A stretch of 64,000 bases of DNA from Vitrella brassicaformis CCMP3155 (GCA_001179505.1 CDMY01000243.1:496001-560000); one strand, 5' to 3'. Shown: positions 26,505-39,420, counted from the stretch's first letter. Translations and numbers: made by a program. Notes: generated from the sequence alone by a model not told the origin.

Positions 26505-26851
26505 TATAATGGCTGATGACTATGGGGCTCTGGTGACAATGGCGTGATCACACAAGCAGCGGCCTTCAACCGAGGGCAGCAGACGAACAGCAGGAGATGT
26601 GTGTTGGCAAAAAAGAAGTAAACCACGCTGATGGCGCCTGATGAGTCAGAAGCTCTCCCTGCAATGACAGCACTCGCTCTTGCCACTGACTGATGGACTC
26701 TCGTCTTTCCTCAAAAAGACTGCTGGCGAGCTCGTATCCGGCCCCCACAGCGCGCAAAAAATCGTCAACCGCTTGTGTACGGTGCCTGTCTTCCCTCGCT
26801 GCTTCTCCCCTCCCCCTCTTGTGCTGCGTACGTGCATGATTGTCTGTAGTT

Positions 26852-29636
26852 ATGGCCTCGTTGCGATCAAGTGGCGAAGGCCGCGTCCTGTGGATAAACT
26901 CACAAGGCCCTGTACGGGAGGTGCGCGAGGGCATCAACCTCACACCAGGTGACAGACAGAGGACAGAAAGACAGACGCTGAATACTGACTGTATGCTTGG
27001 CTGACTGTCACCCTGTATGTGTCCAGGGAGTTACTTCACACGGCTTTTCCTTCCTGGTGTGACGTTTGCTTGTGCCGGCGTTGGTCTGTTGCTGACGTTG
27101 TTGGTATGTCATCTGCACGGAGGCTCACGCCTAGCCGTTCTGGCATTCCTGGGTAAGTAAGGTCAGCCAGATGGAGCGATATCAGTCTTCCACAAGTGAC
27201 AGCTCCATTTTGTCGATTTGCCTGCATGCAGGGAGCGGCTTCGGCGTGGTGCTGGTGTCCACGGATTTTGGGTTCACGATGGCGTTCCGCAGCTTGATAG
27301 CGGACAAGAGGAGCCGACAGTTCCAGCTGGTGCTGCTGCTCGCCGGCATGACATGCCTGGTGAGCGGTCCGGTGCTGGCCCTCTCCCCGTCCGTCTATCG
27401 CCCCCATGAGGCAGCCGTCGGCCTCTCCGTGCTTGGCGGCAGCTTCCTGTTCGGTCTGGGAATGCAGCTGGGTGACGCGTGCGGATCGGGCACTTTTCAC
27501 AGGCTGGCCCTGCTCCAATGGAGGGGCCTGGTGCTGCTGCCCACATTCATGCTCGGCTCTGTACTGGGGACGTCCCAGTGGCACATGTGGGCGCAACTGC
27601 CCTGGTACCCCCCCGTCATTCTATACGAGGAGCTCCCCGTCGGCGTGGCCATGGCCCTGCAGCTGGGACTCATCGCCGCACTCATCTGCCTGGTCCGGTG
27701 CGTCGAGTGGGCGGCCCACGGGGACATGCAGCCCCTCATTGTCATGGGCGCTCCAGCTGGGGTGGCGAGTGAAACCGAAGCCAGTCGCCTGCCCCTCGTG
27801 TGGACCCGTTGGCTGGGTCTTGATTGGCGGCGGCGGCACTACGAGAAGCTCGAGATGACCCCCATGCATGACGGCGATCCCGAGGAGCCCTTCTCGCCAT
27901 TTCCCATTACTCCCCTCGACCCTCTTCGCCACCACATGATGGGGACAGCTGCCGGGGACACCCCACCATTCTTCCCCAACCAGTCACCGACACATCACCT
28001 AGACTTCCATCTCGGCGCGCTGACCAACCCCACCCGGATGAGGTCAGCTTCCGACGGCCTCCAGCAGCACAAGGCCGTCAGCGTGAGAAAGAAGCGCCGT
28101 GGCGTGACGCCTCGGTCCAGAGGCAGGAGGTGGCCCACCAGCAAGGTTGTGAGGCGGCTCTCGTCCCATCGGCGGAGGAGGACTCATCATCCGCATCATG
28201 CGATGGGCACCGTGACGCAGCATGAAGGCAATGCAGGGGGGCCATCGGCCTCGTCCACGGTGCCTGGGACGCACTCGGCCCCGTGCATTGGCCGGCAGCC
28301 GGCGGTCCTGCCCCCAGATCCCCACAGTGACCCAGCGAGGCAGCGTGAGAGAGACGAGAAGACAAGGAGACCGAACGAGGCATATGAGCTTCGGTTAGTG
28401 ACGAATGGGGCCAGTGGTCATTCCCCATCACACCTGTCCCCGTCGCCCGACGACTCGCCTTCCTGGATGCGAGAGGCGTGCTACCAGGCAGCCGTGGCAG
28501 GCAGCCCCCTCCTCCCGCCCGTCAGCGTGAGAGTCGATCCAAGCTGGACATCATCTCGCGGCGAGAGTTCGGCTGAGAGCCGCTTCCTGCCCCCTTTGCC
28601 CCTCCCTGCCGTGGCGGCCCGCTCGCCACCGCCCGTGGGAGTATCTGATGAGGAGAGGGCGACTGTGAGGTCCATGTGGCTCGCGGTGTGTCTGCTGGCA
28701 GCCCTGAATGTCGCGACGCTCATGGCTGGAGGCAAGCTGTGGGGAGTGAGCACAGGCATCACCGTGTGGGGCGCCAAGCTGTACACGGCCTTGTTTGACC
28801 TGCCGGGAGTGGTGCCGTTAGCGCAATGGCGGTATTGGCAGAGAGCCGATGCGCAAAGTGTAAGCGAAGCGCTCACCGAACAGACAGACAGACAGACAGA
28901 CATCACACGACCAACCGGCGCGCATTGCATTGTGTCGGTCCGTGGCACGTGTGCTGTGTGCAGTTGCTCGAGGCCCCGTTGCTGGGTTCCATTCCCTCGT
29001 CAATGGACGCGGGCCTCGTGCTTGGCGCCCTCCTGTGCGCATGCATGCTCGGCAGAATCGACTGCACACGACCACCGCCCGTTCCTCTCCCACTTAGGTC
29101 ATGGTCCCGGCAAATCCGCCAGCGGCGTCAGAGCATGTCGTCGACGCGGTCGACGAGCAGCGGCTCGCAGCGGGGCAGCAGCAGCCGGTCATCCAGCCAG
29201 GGCAGCCCCCAATCGGGCAGCCCCGTCAGCTGGCCCACGGCTGCTGCTGCTGCTGCCAATGGCGGAGGGGAAGGGCTCCATACAGATACACACGAGGGGG
29301 AGGGGAAGAGCCTGGGAGAGGTGGTTGAGGTGCCGTTCGATGTGGCGTATGAGCAGACGATCAATCTGCACACGCTGGTCGGTGCCTGCATGGGCGGCAT
29401 ACTCATGGGATACGGTGCACGACTCGCGGGCGGATGCAACATTGGCGGGTACGTCACCCAGTGCTGGGCAGGAGGGCATCGGCACTCACTCTGTGTCTCT
29501 GTGTGTGTGTGTGTGTGTGGTTCATGGTAGGTTCTTGGGTGGTGTGTGTTCATACTCGCTTCATGGGTGGGTGTGGCTGCTGGGCGCGATGGCCGGCAAT
29601 GTGCTGGGAGTCCACGCAAGACCGTGCTTCATCTAA
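26852..29636 (+). CDS. yeeE: YeeE/YedE (TsuA-like) sulfur-compound transporter with long insertions (5 exons, about 813 aa)
   Basis: Exons 26852-26948, 27027-27152, 27232-28859, 28964-29448 and 29531-29636 sum to 2442 nt. Motifs DFGFTMAFR, GSFLFGLGMQLGDACGSG, LNVATLMAGGKLWG..WGAK and GGILMGYGARLAGGCNIGGFLGGVCSYSLHGWVWL are typical of the family. Confidence 0.88.
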
Positions 29637-30645
29637 TGGATGAACATGAACACACGGACCTGACTGACCGACCGACCGACCCATGGCTGGATGCCCTTGC
29701 GCACATGCACACCTCCATGATAGATGCGAGACGAGAATGCCGCTGTTTGCGGCGGGCGCCACTGTTTGTTTTTTTTTCCAACATGTGTCTTAGAGGGGCG
29801 CGGGGCGGGGAGAGGGGGCGGTGGTGTAAAGAAAGGTGCTTTCCGTGACTGAATGAATGCATGTAGACAGTGCATACGAGACATTGGGGTGTAATAGGGT
29901 GTATTGGTGTGGGCGGCTGTGCTGGGGCTGGGGCTGGGTGGATCGATGGCCATGTAGATCCGTGGATGGGCTGGCGACTAGGGCGTGTATGTACTGCACG
30001 AGAGAAGGGGATGAGTACCTGGCTGATCCATGATATGATCCACACTATGAACCATATCGCCAGTCGGAAAATACATACATTGACTGTATGTATCACCGGG
30101 AAAGTCCATCTGTCCGTCCGTCCTTTGATACATCCATCCCCCGTACCATATGAGTCAGTCCGTCCTCTCTACACCACACCACACCCTCCCAGCCACCCAC
30201 CCCCCCATCCATCCATCCATCCATATCTGTCTGCGCGTACGCATATCGTGTCACCGATGGATCCGCCGTGTCTGTCTGTTACTCACCCGTACGTATTATG
30301 CTCAGCGCAGCGCACCACCGACGTGTCGTCGGTGGTGACGCTCGTCAGCCTGTCGGTGGCCGTCACGTTGCGTATGAGCACCCTCCCATCAATCGTCGCC
30401 ATAGGGGGCACACGAGGGGCCATGTTGGCATGTCCACCACCGTGACCACGGCTGACGATGGACATGACATGGGAAAGGCGTTTCGTGTGTGAGTATGTGA
30501 GTCAGTTAGCTTTCTGTCTCCGTTCGTACAAGGGCATGGGTGGTCGATGCTTCGTATGGGGTGGCCCGCGAGAGTGACGATAAGGACAGCTTAGCTGCAC
30601 ACACGGATATCCACACACACACACGCCCCCTCATGTGTGTGTCCT

Positions 30646-32902
30646 TCAAGCGCCCACATTATATATGCCACATACCTCTTTCTGTGTCAAGTCGTCGTCC
30701 GATTCCTCCCCGGATCCCTCCCCACTGCTGCTGTCACTGCTGCTGCTGCTGCTCGAGTCGGCACTGCTGCTGTTGATGACCTGCTCAAACACCTCTGACG
30801 CACGGACACCCTGACCAGGCAAGCCACCACGCAGATCGGCCATCGCATCCAACACAGACATCGAGGAACCCCCAGCGGCTGGGAGGGGGTGGAGGGAAGG
30901 GGGGAAAGAGACATCGGGCATGGCCACGTAGCCCGTAGATGCACTACCACCACCAGCAGCAGCAGCGGCTTCTGGGCCGCCCTGCCTCTGCCTCTTGATT
31001 TCTTCGAAGTTGGCCGGGAGACGGCCGACGAAGTGGTCCGCTTCGAACACCGCCGCTGCATCGGGGACATCGGCCTCATGATGCGTGTGTCTCCCCGCCA
31101 CCCTGTCCCTCCCCCTCTCTCTGGTGGCCCTCCTCCCGCCCCTTTGTGCCCTCTGCTTCTCCCGGATCAACCGATCTCGCAGCCGCGCCATTGAGGCCTC
31201 GCGCAGGGCCTGCAGCGCTATGGCACGGTTCCGCGGAGGGACGGGGGGGAAGGGCCGGCCCACATATGGGCTGCGGGACGACGAGCTGTCGGCTATGAGG
31301 TTGTGGAAGCGGCTCACGTACATCCGACCGGTGCGGGCGTCGCGCACCACGAAGGGCGGGATGGTGTCATCCTCTGCGTCGTCGACCATGTGGGTGTGGG
31401 TGTGCATGTGTGGAGGCGCCTCATCGATGAACCCCAGGCCCCCATCAAGCGGCGGGGGAAGGAAGAAGGCCGAAAATCCCTGGCCCATGAGCTCATCCAC
31501 CGACTCATCTCCCCCCTTGCCCCCCGACTGCGGCTCGCTGTCCGCCTCCACCCGCCTCTTGCGATAGCTGCGCGCCGCCTGCCGCACACTGCGCCTTGGG
31601 GCTGTGCAGGGTGCTGCGGGGGGTGGTTGTGGGTGGGGTCTCTCGTCTTTGCTCTGTCGTCGCTTCGTGGGGGTGGGTTGATCGTCGCACACCAACGCAC
31701 GACGTGCGGGCTTGGCCTTGCGAGAGGGGCTGCGTGTGCGAGGGAGAGGGAGAGGGCTGTCGGACGTGGTGGCCTTCTTGCGGGCAGACCGCACTCCCTG
31801 ACATAGCAACGGAATGGAACGGAATTACAGTGGCATTTTCTCCTGATGTCTCTTCCCATTTCACTCGTTATTGCCTACTTGTTTCACCGCTGCCCGCCGC
31901 TTGACGGCCTTTTGCTTCGGTTTTGGTTCGGTGGCCTTGTTGTCAGCCAGTAGGGCGTCGGCGGTGTGGCCGGCGGGGGGCAGACCCTCTGATGTGGACA
32001 CGTTGCGCACCACTGATGGAGACGGGTCATTCCCCCCTGCTGATGCCGCCTTGTCGGGCATTGGCTCGTCGCCCCCAACCTGCAAACGATCAAGCAATCC
32101 AGTACAATTCGATTTATAAGCTTAATGGGATGATGGATGCATTTGGGATGTAATATGTACCTCCCCTGTATCCTCCTGCGGCTCCTCCTTTCGCCCGTCG
32201 ACTGATATCACCGCAACAGGCCCCTCTCCAATACAACCACTCTCACGCACACCCTCAGCCCCTCCCTCTCCCTCCCTGCCCCCCTTCTTGGTGCCGACAG
32301 GACCCTCACTCGGCTGCCCTCCTGCTGCTAACGGTGCATTCGGGAGGGCCCCACCCGCCAGTTCATCCGCGGCTTCGTTGTCACCACCGTGCATCTCGCT
32401 CGGTGGCTGCTGCTGCTGCTGCTGGTGCTGGTGGTCGTGATCTTTGCGCTTCCTCTTTTTGCGTTTGGGCGGCAGGTTGTCCATCGAGAGCCTGTCCAGC
32501 GAGATGATCCGCACACTGGGGTTGCGCCTGTGGCACTCCCGCAGGACCAGCTGCCGATCGTCATCGTTGAGCTCGAGGGGCCGCGACGTGCGAAGGGCCA
32601 CCTTGCCCGCTAAAATAGACTCCAAACCTGCACCAACCAAATGGCCCGGCCAATAAATATAGGTAAGCTGAAACACCAGTGCAGTGCACACACACTGGCA
32701 AGGCGAAGTGGGGCCTACGTGAGAAGAGGTCAGCTTTTGAGATACGATAGTGCGGACAGAGCGATTCGATGGCGTCGTAGAGTTTGCCGCCATCGAGCAC
32801 ACGGGCCGTCCAAAGCGCTGCCAGCAGCAGGGCCTCCTCGCTCTCCCGCCAGGCATCGGGCGGCCTGGATGGGGGTGGGGGAGCATCAACCGGCGCACTC
32901 AT
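30646..32902 (-). CDS. Putative nuclear protein with possible Myb/SANT-like N-terminus and low-complexity body (3' end uncertain)
   Basis: ATG at 32902 (MSAPVDAPP). In-phase GT-AG exons give WRESEEALLLAALW...GGKLYDAIESLCPHYRISKADLFSRL, an NLS-like PPKRKKRKRK, poly-Q and acidic Ser-rich segments. Further exons may extend to about 30283. Confidence 0.55.
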
Positions 32903-33156
32903 TTGACTACATGTAAAGCGGTCCTCACCCCCGCCCCCATCCCTCCCCAGCAGACGTCTTTGTGCGCGGGAAAACAACGACGAGAAAACGATCGCTCCCC
33001 CAGATTAGCTCGCACGGGGGACTCGGAGAAAAAAGGGCAACGTTTGAGGCCTGAATTCCCGCAGCAGCATACTGCCGTTGTCCCGTGATCGTTTGCGCCT
33101 TGAGATCTAGCTCTTGAATCGTTCGTCCCTTGGTTGACCAGGCCCTGCTGCAATCA

Positions 33157-36100
33157 ATGCAGTGGATCAAGGGGGTGCTGGGCATTCGTAGCCCGACAGT
33201 GTCAGCGACAAAGGGCACATACGGTCAGCGCACGCAAAGCAAAACAGCCGGCCACTTCAAGATCTGCCTTTCACAGTGAGTGCTGCGATGTGTGCGATGA
33301 TGTGTGATGTGCAGGTGCTGATGGCCCCCGTCCAGGGTCTTCGTCGACGCCCTATGAGGTGACGCGGCGGGGCGGCAGCAGCGACGATGACCCCGAGGAT
33401 GAGACCTTCATCGGTAGGGTAGCTAGACATACAGAGGGAGGATGCTCTCAGAGAGAGAGAGATAGAGAGAGAGAGATGGGCTCCCTCATAGCACACACAG
33501 GCGCTGACTGACTGCTGTGATGCTTGCACACGTGTGCAGATCCCGTAGACTATGACCCTGACACAGTGCCGGCAGAGCAGGAACTCAGAATGAGGTACAT
33601 ACAAAGATGCAGCCAGCTATCGCGATGCGTGGGTGGGTGGGCACCAGTGTGGGTGGGCAATAGCCGTGGGTGGTGTGCTGATTGGTGTGTTTGCAGGAAT
33701 CGTATCTTGGGTCACTTCAAGCAGTATCGGCATCAGGCCGAGCATGAGCTCACCTTGAACGAAGTCACCAGGGCACTCATGGTGAGTGAGAGGGGGACGG
33801 AGCAAAGACACACACTCACCACCGGCCGCTCGGGAGACCGAGCGGTGTGGTCGGTGCGCGTGCATGTGTATGTGCATGTGTGTGTGTATGTGCATGTGTG
33901 TGTGTATGTGCATGTGTGTGTGTCAGGGTGTGCAGCGTGGTTACGACATCCGCATTGTGGACGACGTCTTTCGCCGCGCCGACATCGCCAACCTCAGGGC
34001 TGTCAGAGTGTAAGCAAGCATAGCCAACACGCAGGGGTGTGTGTGTCGCTTAGACATCTGTTTATCCGTCCTCGCTGTCTGTGTCAATCAAAACATAATA
34101 ACTATGGGTGGGTGTTGGTTGTGTTGGATTGCTCAGCGACGTGTTCATCGACCGATACATCGAGAAGGTCCGCAATATATATAGACGGCACGGCACACGC
34201 AACGCACGGACAGGCGTATGTATGTATGTTTCCATGTGGTGTATGTGTGCATGTTGGTTGATATATGTAGTTGAAGGAGATGAAGGCCTGGTGGGAGGTG
34301 GCCCGCAACGCTTGCATCAACACGCAGCGCATGTTCGACGACAACGAAGCCAAAATGACCAGACACCAGGCCGAACACTACAACGAATACGGGGTGAGTG
34401 AGTAACCGAGCCGGTGGCCGATGGACCAATGGCTGGCTGGGGGGCTGGGGACACACGCAGGGCAGGGCAGCCCACCACTGTATGTGTGTGTATGTGTGTG
34501 TGTGTGGACAGATATCGGATGACAGTCGTCTGACGGTTGAGTTGCTGGAGGCGCAGAACATCCCCATGTACAAGGTGCCCCGGGTGCTCCCGCCCGCACC
34601 ACCCGCGCCACCAATGCCTGGATACCCACGTACGATACCAACACCACACACAAACGAACTGCGTGCCCTGCCGTCAACTCACTCCTGCATTTCTACCACT
34701 CACTCTGTGCGTTGTGTGCAGCGGTGCCACCTCCCGAGCCTCGTGCGCCTCTGTTGTGGTTTTACATGAATTGTGCGCACCAGCACGTGACCTGCGAGGC
34801 CCTGCAGCCGGCACCACACATCATCATCGACGAGACCTTCACTTTGTGAGTGAGGAGGAAGACTTTGCCGGGAGAAGATGGGGAGGGGAGGGGTGTACTG
34901 TATGGGTGTTCTTCTTGTTGGTTTGTGTCGATGGATGGATGGATGGATGGATGGGTTCAGCGACATAAGTCAGCCTGAGGAGGTGTTGGTGTGCACCCTT
35001 GTGTGTGGCGACCCGGCCATCCCATCTGAGTAAGTCGCTACCACCACCATCTGTCTGATGCGCGTGTTTGTGTGTGCTCCAGCTCCGAGTCCATCGGCGA
35101 GTGCCAGATCGACCTCAAAGACATACAGGGTAAATAACCCAACCAAGCGGCCAACCACCACACACAGTCACGTACGTCATGTGCAGACCAGCGCAAGGTC
35201 GAGATGCGGTGCGACCTGGGCGACGGCGCCACACTGCAGCTCGCCGTGCAGTGGATATGGAGCAAGGTCAGCCAGCCCTTCAGCCGTCCGTTACATGCAT
35301 CAATCAGATCCACTGTGTAGTGTATGTGGTGGTTGTGTTGTGGTGTTCTCAGGCCCGTTTGTATGAGAACTATCGTATGGTCTTTGGCGAGAAGCTCATG
35401 CGCAGGAAGGCTGAGCTGGAGACCGCTGAACGAAACCTATACGCCGGACTGAGTATGCAGTCAACCTGGGAGGGACAGGAAACCCGACACACACCGGCTG
35501 ATCTGCCTGCCTGTCTGTCTGTCTGTCTGTGTATCTGTGTGTAGCTCCTGTTGACGACCCTGTGAGCAACCCAGCGTCATATGCCGTGTCGAGGGGCATC
35601 GATGTGGTGAGGAAATGAGCAGGGGGGGGAGGGAGCTAGACACACGTCAGTCGGGCCAGGTCGCATATGTTGTGTGAGTGCAGGCGATGGGATGGATGAA
35701 GCTCCACGATGCACAGGTAGGTGGGTGTACAGAGACAGACGACTCACGTAAGACAGACAAGTGAGCGAATATCTGTGTGCGTGCCGTGCCGTCTGCAGCG
35801 GCTGTCTCGGTGGTTTGTGGTCATCTACATGCTGCTGTCGGCACTCGCCGCATTCGCCAAGTGAGTGAGGAACCAGCCAGCCAGAAAGCCAGCGTGGGAC
35901 TGACGTATTGATGCGTGCCTGCCTGCGTGTGCGAACTTACACTACTTACTGCAGGCCTGACTTCCTGAACCTGCTTGTGGCTGCATTTTCCTTCTACAAT
36001 AACCTCTGTACCCCCCTCCCCCCTTCCCCCCCCGCGGCACACACACACCGTCACACTCACGCTCACACACAGGCATGGTCGGTGTGCATTGCGTGTTCAG

Positions 36101-36868
36101 CTCCGGAGCGCTGGACGCCTGCGTCATACACGTACATGCTGCAGGCCATCGCATTGTAAGCCCTTGGGGGTGTGGGTGTGGGGACGGGTGGGATCAAGGG
36201 ACCGACCGTCATGGGTGTGTGTACGCTGTCTGTCTGTCTGTCTGTCCAGTTCGTACTTCATGGACATCATGTGGGCGTGGACCTACTTCGCAGCATGGGG
36301 ACTCAGTGAGCCATACACACACAAAGGCGCACACGGATGGATGGATGGCACGCTGATGGGGTGTGTGTGTGTGTGTCAGATGGCGATGTTGTGTTCCACA
36401 GCATCGCCAAGGTCATGACGGTGATGCAGTTCATCTTCAAAATCATCCTATTCGTTTTCTTCTGGAAATGCAAATTCGACCTCCGAGAGCTGGTCAGTCA
36501 GTCGCCAAGCAACACCCTCCGTATGTGTGTGTGACCCTGTCCCCCTCTCCCTCTCCCTCTCCCTCTCTCTCTCTGTGCGTGTGTGTGCAGCAACTGAGGC
36601 AACAGAAGCGAATGGAGGTCCGCGGGGTAAGCCTGCAACTCGGTCGATCAGCCAGTGTCGTTATCTATGGTGTCACGCCTGTCTGTCTGTCTGTCTGTGC
36701 GCAGGGTCAGACAGAGCCGTTTGATCTGCGCCGCGCCCATCGCATGGCCGAAGAAGGCCCCAAGCAGTCGACCAGCCCGTTCAAGTACATCAGACAGACA
36801 GACAGACAGGCAGGCGGGGGACAGCAAGATGAACGTTGTGCTGTGTCGTCAGGTTCCTGGGCTTCTAA
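33157..36868 (+). CDS. C2-domain protein with coiled coil and C-terminal multi-pass membrane region (many short exons)
   Basis: Spliced reading: MQWIKGVLG...; RLTVELLEAQNIP...IIIDETFTF; SESIGECQIDLKDIQDQRKVEMRCDLGDGATLQLAVQWIWSK (C2-like); RPDFLNLLVAAFSF...YFMDIMWAWTYF...VMQFIFKIILFVFFW (hydrophobic); ends KFLGF* with TAA at 36866-36868. Confidence 0.7.
33870..33923. repeat. 18-bp tandem repeat x3 (ATGTGCATGTGTGTGTGT) at an intron 3' end
   Basis: Three exact copies start at 33870, 33888 and 33906, immediately before a CAG acceptor. Confidence 0.9.
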
Positions 36869-37559
36869 CGTGCCAGCCAGTCGTCAGTCCATGTATTTAT
36901 TATGCACATGAGTCAATTGGGCTCCCTCCGGCCATGTCTTATATACAGACAGACAGATACCCTCGGCTGTGTTTGATGGCATCGCTCCCTCCCCTCCGCC
37001 CGGCCATCGGTGCTCAATCAACGAATCCCCTGCACAGCCGGCTGTCGGCCGGCGTCTGGTCGACTGTGGGCGCGCAATGAATGTCAGTCAGTCCGGAGAG
37101 GGCGAGGGAGAGGGACAGAGAGGGGGAATCGATGCCCCCTGGTTTTGTGTATTTTCGTGTGTATCACTCTACGTCAGTGTTCCGATCGACGACCGACCGA
37201 CGAGGCGTCGGCTGGTTGGCATTTATATACGTGTTAACGTTGTGTTGTAATGTGTTGTGTGTGGAGTGTGAGGGTCGCTCGAGATTCCAATATCGTCTAG
37301 ATCTGTTGATAGGCGATGGATGGATGGATGGATGGATGCGTGGACGGACAGCGGCTGCACGCATTAGGGTGGCTGGATGTCCTTCTGTCACAGAGAGAAA
37401 GATCAAGATGAATGATATGATTCGTGTGTCGTACGTCCAATTGTCAAACCCCACATCATAAGCCACACTGAATTGACACGCGTCAACGGAAAATGCCGGT
37501 ACTCAATGTGCGCTGCGAGACGCGGGAGGAGGCCAGCCCCTTGTAAATTGGCGCATCCC

Positions 37560-38414
37560 ATGCAGTCGTTGCTTCTTGTGGCTCTGCTGTTGGCCCTCGT
37601 CGCTCTCTGCAATGGCTACGACATCAATTTGTAATCAAAGGACGGTCAGTCAGTCGACGATGGCGCCATGGCGTCACTTGTCGCCGAGACGAGGGCCCTC
37701 AGCGCCTCTCGCACCGTCTCCAGGAGGCGCTTGCGACGACAGGTGAAGGCAGCCCCCTGGGGATCATGCCCTATCATAATGTCTTTGCATCCGTCGGTGT
37801 GTGGGCTTGTTTGCAGCTGCGTTCTTGGAGCTGGACCGGAGGGAATACAGCTCTGCCGTCGAACACATCACTGCAGGCATGACATGAAGTTCAACGTACA
37901 CACGCCATTCCACGTGGGTCATTCATTCGCGTCACATGCATGCAGGTGTCGTGGCGAACCACTCAGCTGGTGCCGAATCACATGGTACGGTAAGGGATGC
38001 CACTGAGTCTCTCTGTTCACACTCAGACATACATGTCTCCTTCCCTGCCTCCGTCCCACCTTTTCCCCAGCTGCAGGCGCTTCGTGCACAGTAACTTTCG
38101 CATTCGACCTTCGCCAAAGCGACGAAACCAAACAGTTTGGCCCATACCCCTACGCGATCGCTTACGACGATTACTTCTACTACGGGACAGGCGCGTCCGG
38201 CTGCTCTAGCCCTGACGTCTGCGTGGTGACAGCCGTGCAGGTGGACCCCTCGGCGAACAACACTGGCAAGGGATACGGACAGTGCACACCGCCATCCAGA
38301 CTCAAGGAGACGGGGCTCAACGATGCGCAGAGAGCCGAGGTGTGCTGCACGGATGCATCCCCTGTGACAGGAGGGCCGTTCTGCATGGCGCCGAGCACGG
38401 TCAGCTGGTCATAG
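37560..38414 (+). CDS. Small secreted cysteine-rich protein (4 exons, about 172 aa)
   Basis: Signal peptide MQSLLLVALLLALVALCNG-YD. Exons 37560-37630, 37817-37876, 37946-37989 and 38071-38414 are in phase (519 nt; intron 2 is GC-AG or retained). The mature part has 12 Cys. Confidence 0.65.
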
Positions 38415-38461
38415 AGCGATCATGAGACAGACATGTCTCTCAGTAGGGCTTGTGTGCGGTG

Positions 38462-39174
38462 CTATTCATTTAGACCGTCGAGCTGCAGTCCTCGCCCCAT
38501 CGTAATGCGGTCCCCATTGCCGAGACCTCCATCAACGCGGTGGAGCGGTTCATCGAGAATCATCCTAAGCACGGATGGAAACATATCGTTCGCTGGCTGT
38601 TCCCTGGAGCTGTCGACTATATAAGTGAGATTTGATGTCATGCAGGCAAACTCTGCATGTACACACCTGTGTGTGTTGCTCTTGCCGTTTGGGTGTTTGC
38701 AGGCCCTCTCCGCATCTCTAACTGAACCGACCGCCCGAGTCACAGGCCGACGTCCGTCCATCGGTCCGTCCGCCTGTCTGTCTGCCTGTCTGCCTGTCTG
38801 CCTGTCTGCCTGTCTGCCTGTCTGCCTGTCTGCCTGTCTGCCTGTCTGCCTGCCTGCCTGCCTGCCTGCCGATGTGTAAGTGCCCGGGTTCGTATCTCCC
38901 CGGCCAGCCGGCGAGACATTCATTTGATATTGGACGGGCGCCTTCGTGCGTTATTGAGTGACGCGGGGACCGAAAGGAGAGGGGAGCATCGAAAGTGAAG
39001 CAGCGACTGACTGACAACCAACCAACTCCTGTAAAGCCATTCAATTCGTTCTGCCTGCCTGCCTGCCTCTACAAGCCACGTGCACGTGCGACATGAAAGC
39101 ACACCTCTTTGCACGTCACTTAGGGTACCTGCCATCGGACATGTAGATATCGCTGCCACTCGCTTTGGTGGCAT
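38462..39174 (-). CDS. Possible short hypothetical spliced gene
   Basis: ATG at 39174 (MPPKRVAAIS) with a GT donor, an intron-like GCAG/GACAG tract, and a last segment DSSREQPANDMFPSVLRMILDE...LNE*. No homology recognised. Confidence 0.25.
38772..38870. repeat. Compound microsatellite (CCTGTCTG)n-(CCTG)n
   Basis: Tandem 8-mer run followed by a CCTG run, read directly. Confidence 0.95.
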
Positions 39175-39420
39175 CGGTTTCGTGCAAGCAGATGATGCGC
39201 AGGCCTGGGCGAAAGGCGCGTGCACCGGGTTAAAGGAAAAGTCTCTGTCCGGGCGTACTATAAACGCATGCACTTGCACGCATCTGTACAGGTCCACAAG
39301 ACACAATACATATCACCCCGTAGGTAAGTATAGTATACGTATCGTGTATCGTGTAGGTAGGTGTCCCCACAGCAAAGCAAAGTAACAAGCAAACAAGCAA
39401 GCAAGCAAACAAACACATAC

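Noticed and set aside
4710-26648. TGAGTCA (AP-1-like) in two divergent promoters (4710, 26642)
   Set aside because: It is absent from the other two divergent spacers and recurs in introns and UTRs as part of common GTGAGTCAG sequence, so it is not distinguishable from chance.
26504-26852. Functional clustering of dynein with the sulfur transporter, or of other neighbours
   Set aside because: No shared pathway; adjacency is explained by compact divergent gene packing.
27171-29636. The 821-aa single ORF taken as the true YeeE protein
   Set aside because: It reads through introns and is out of frame between 28860 and 29530. The conserved GARLAGGCNIG motif is in another frame and is recovered only by splicing.
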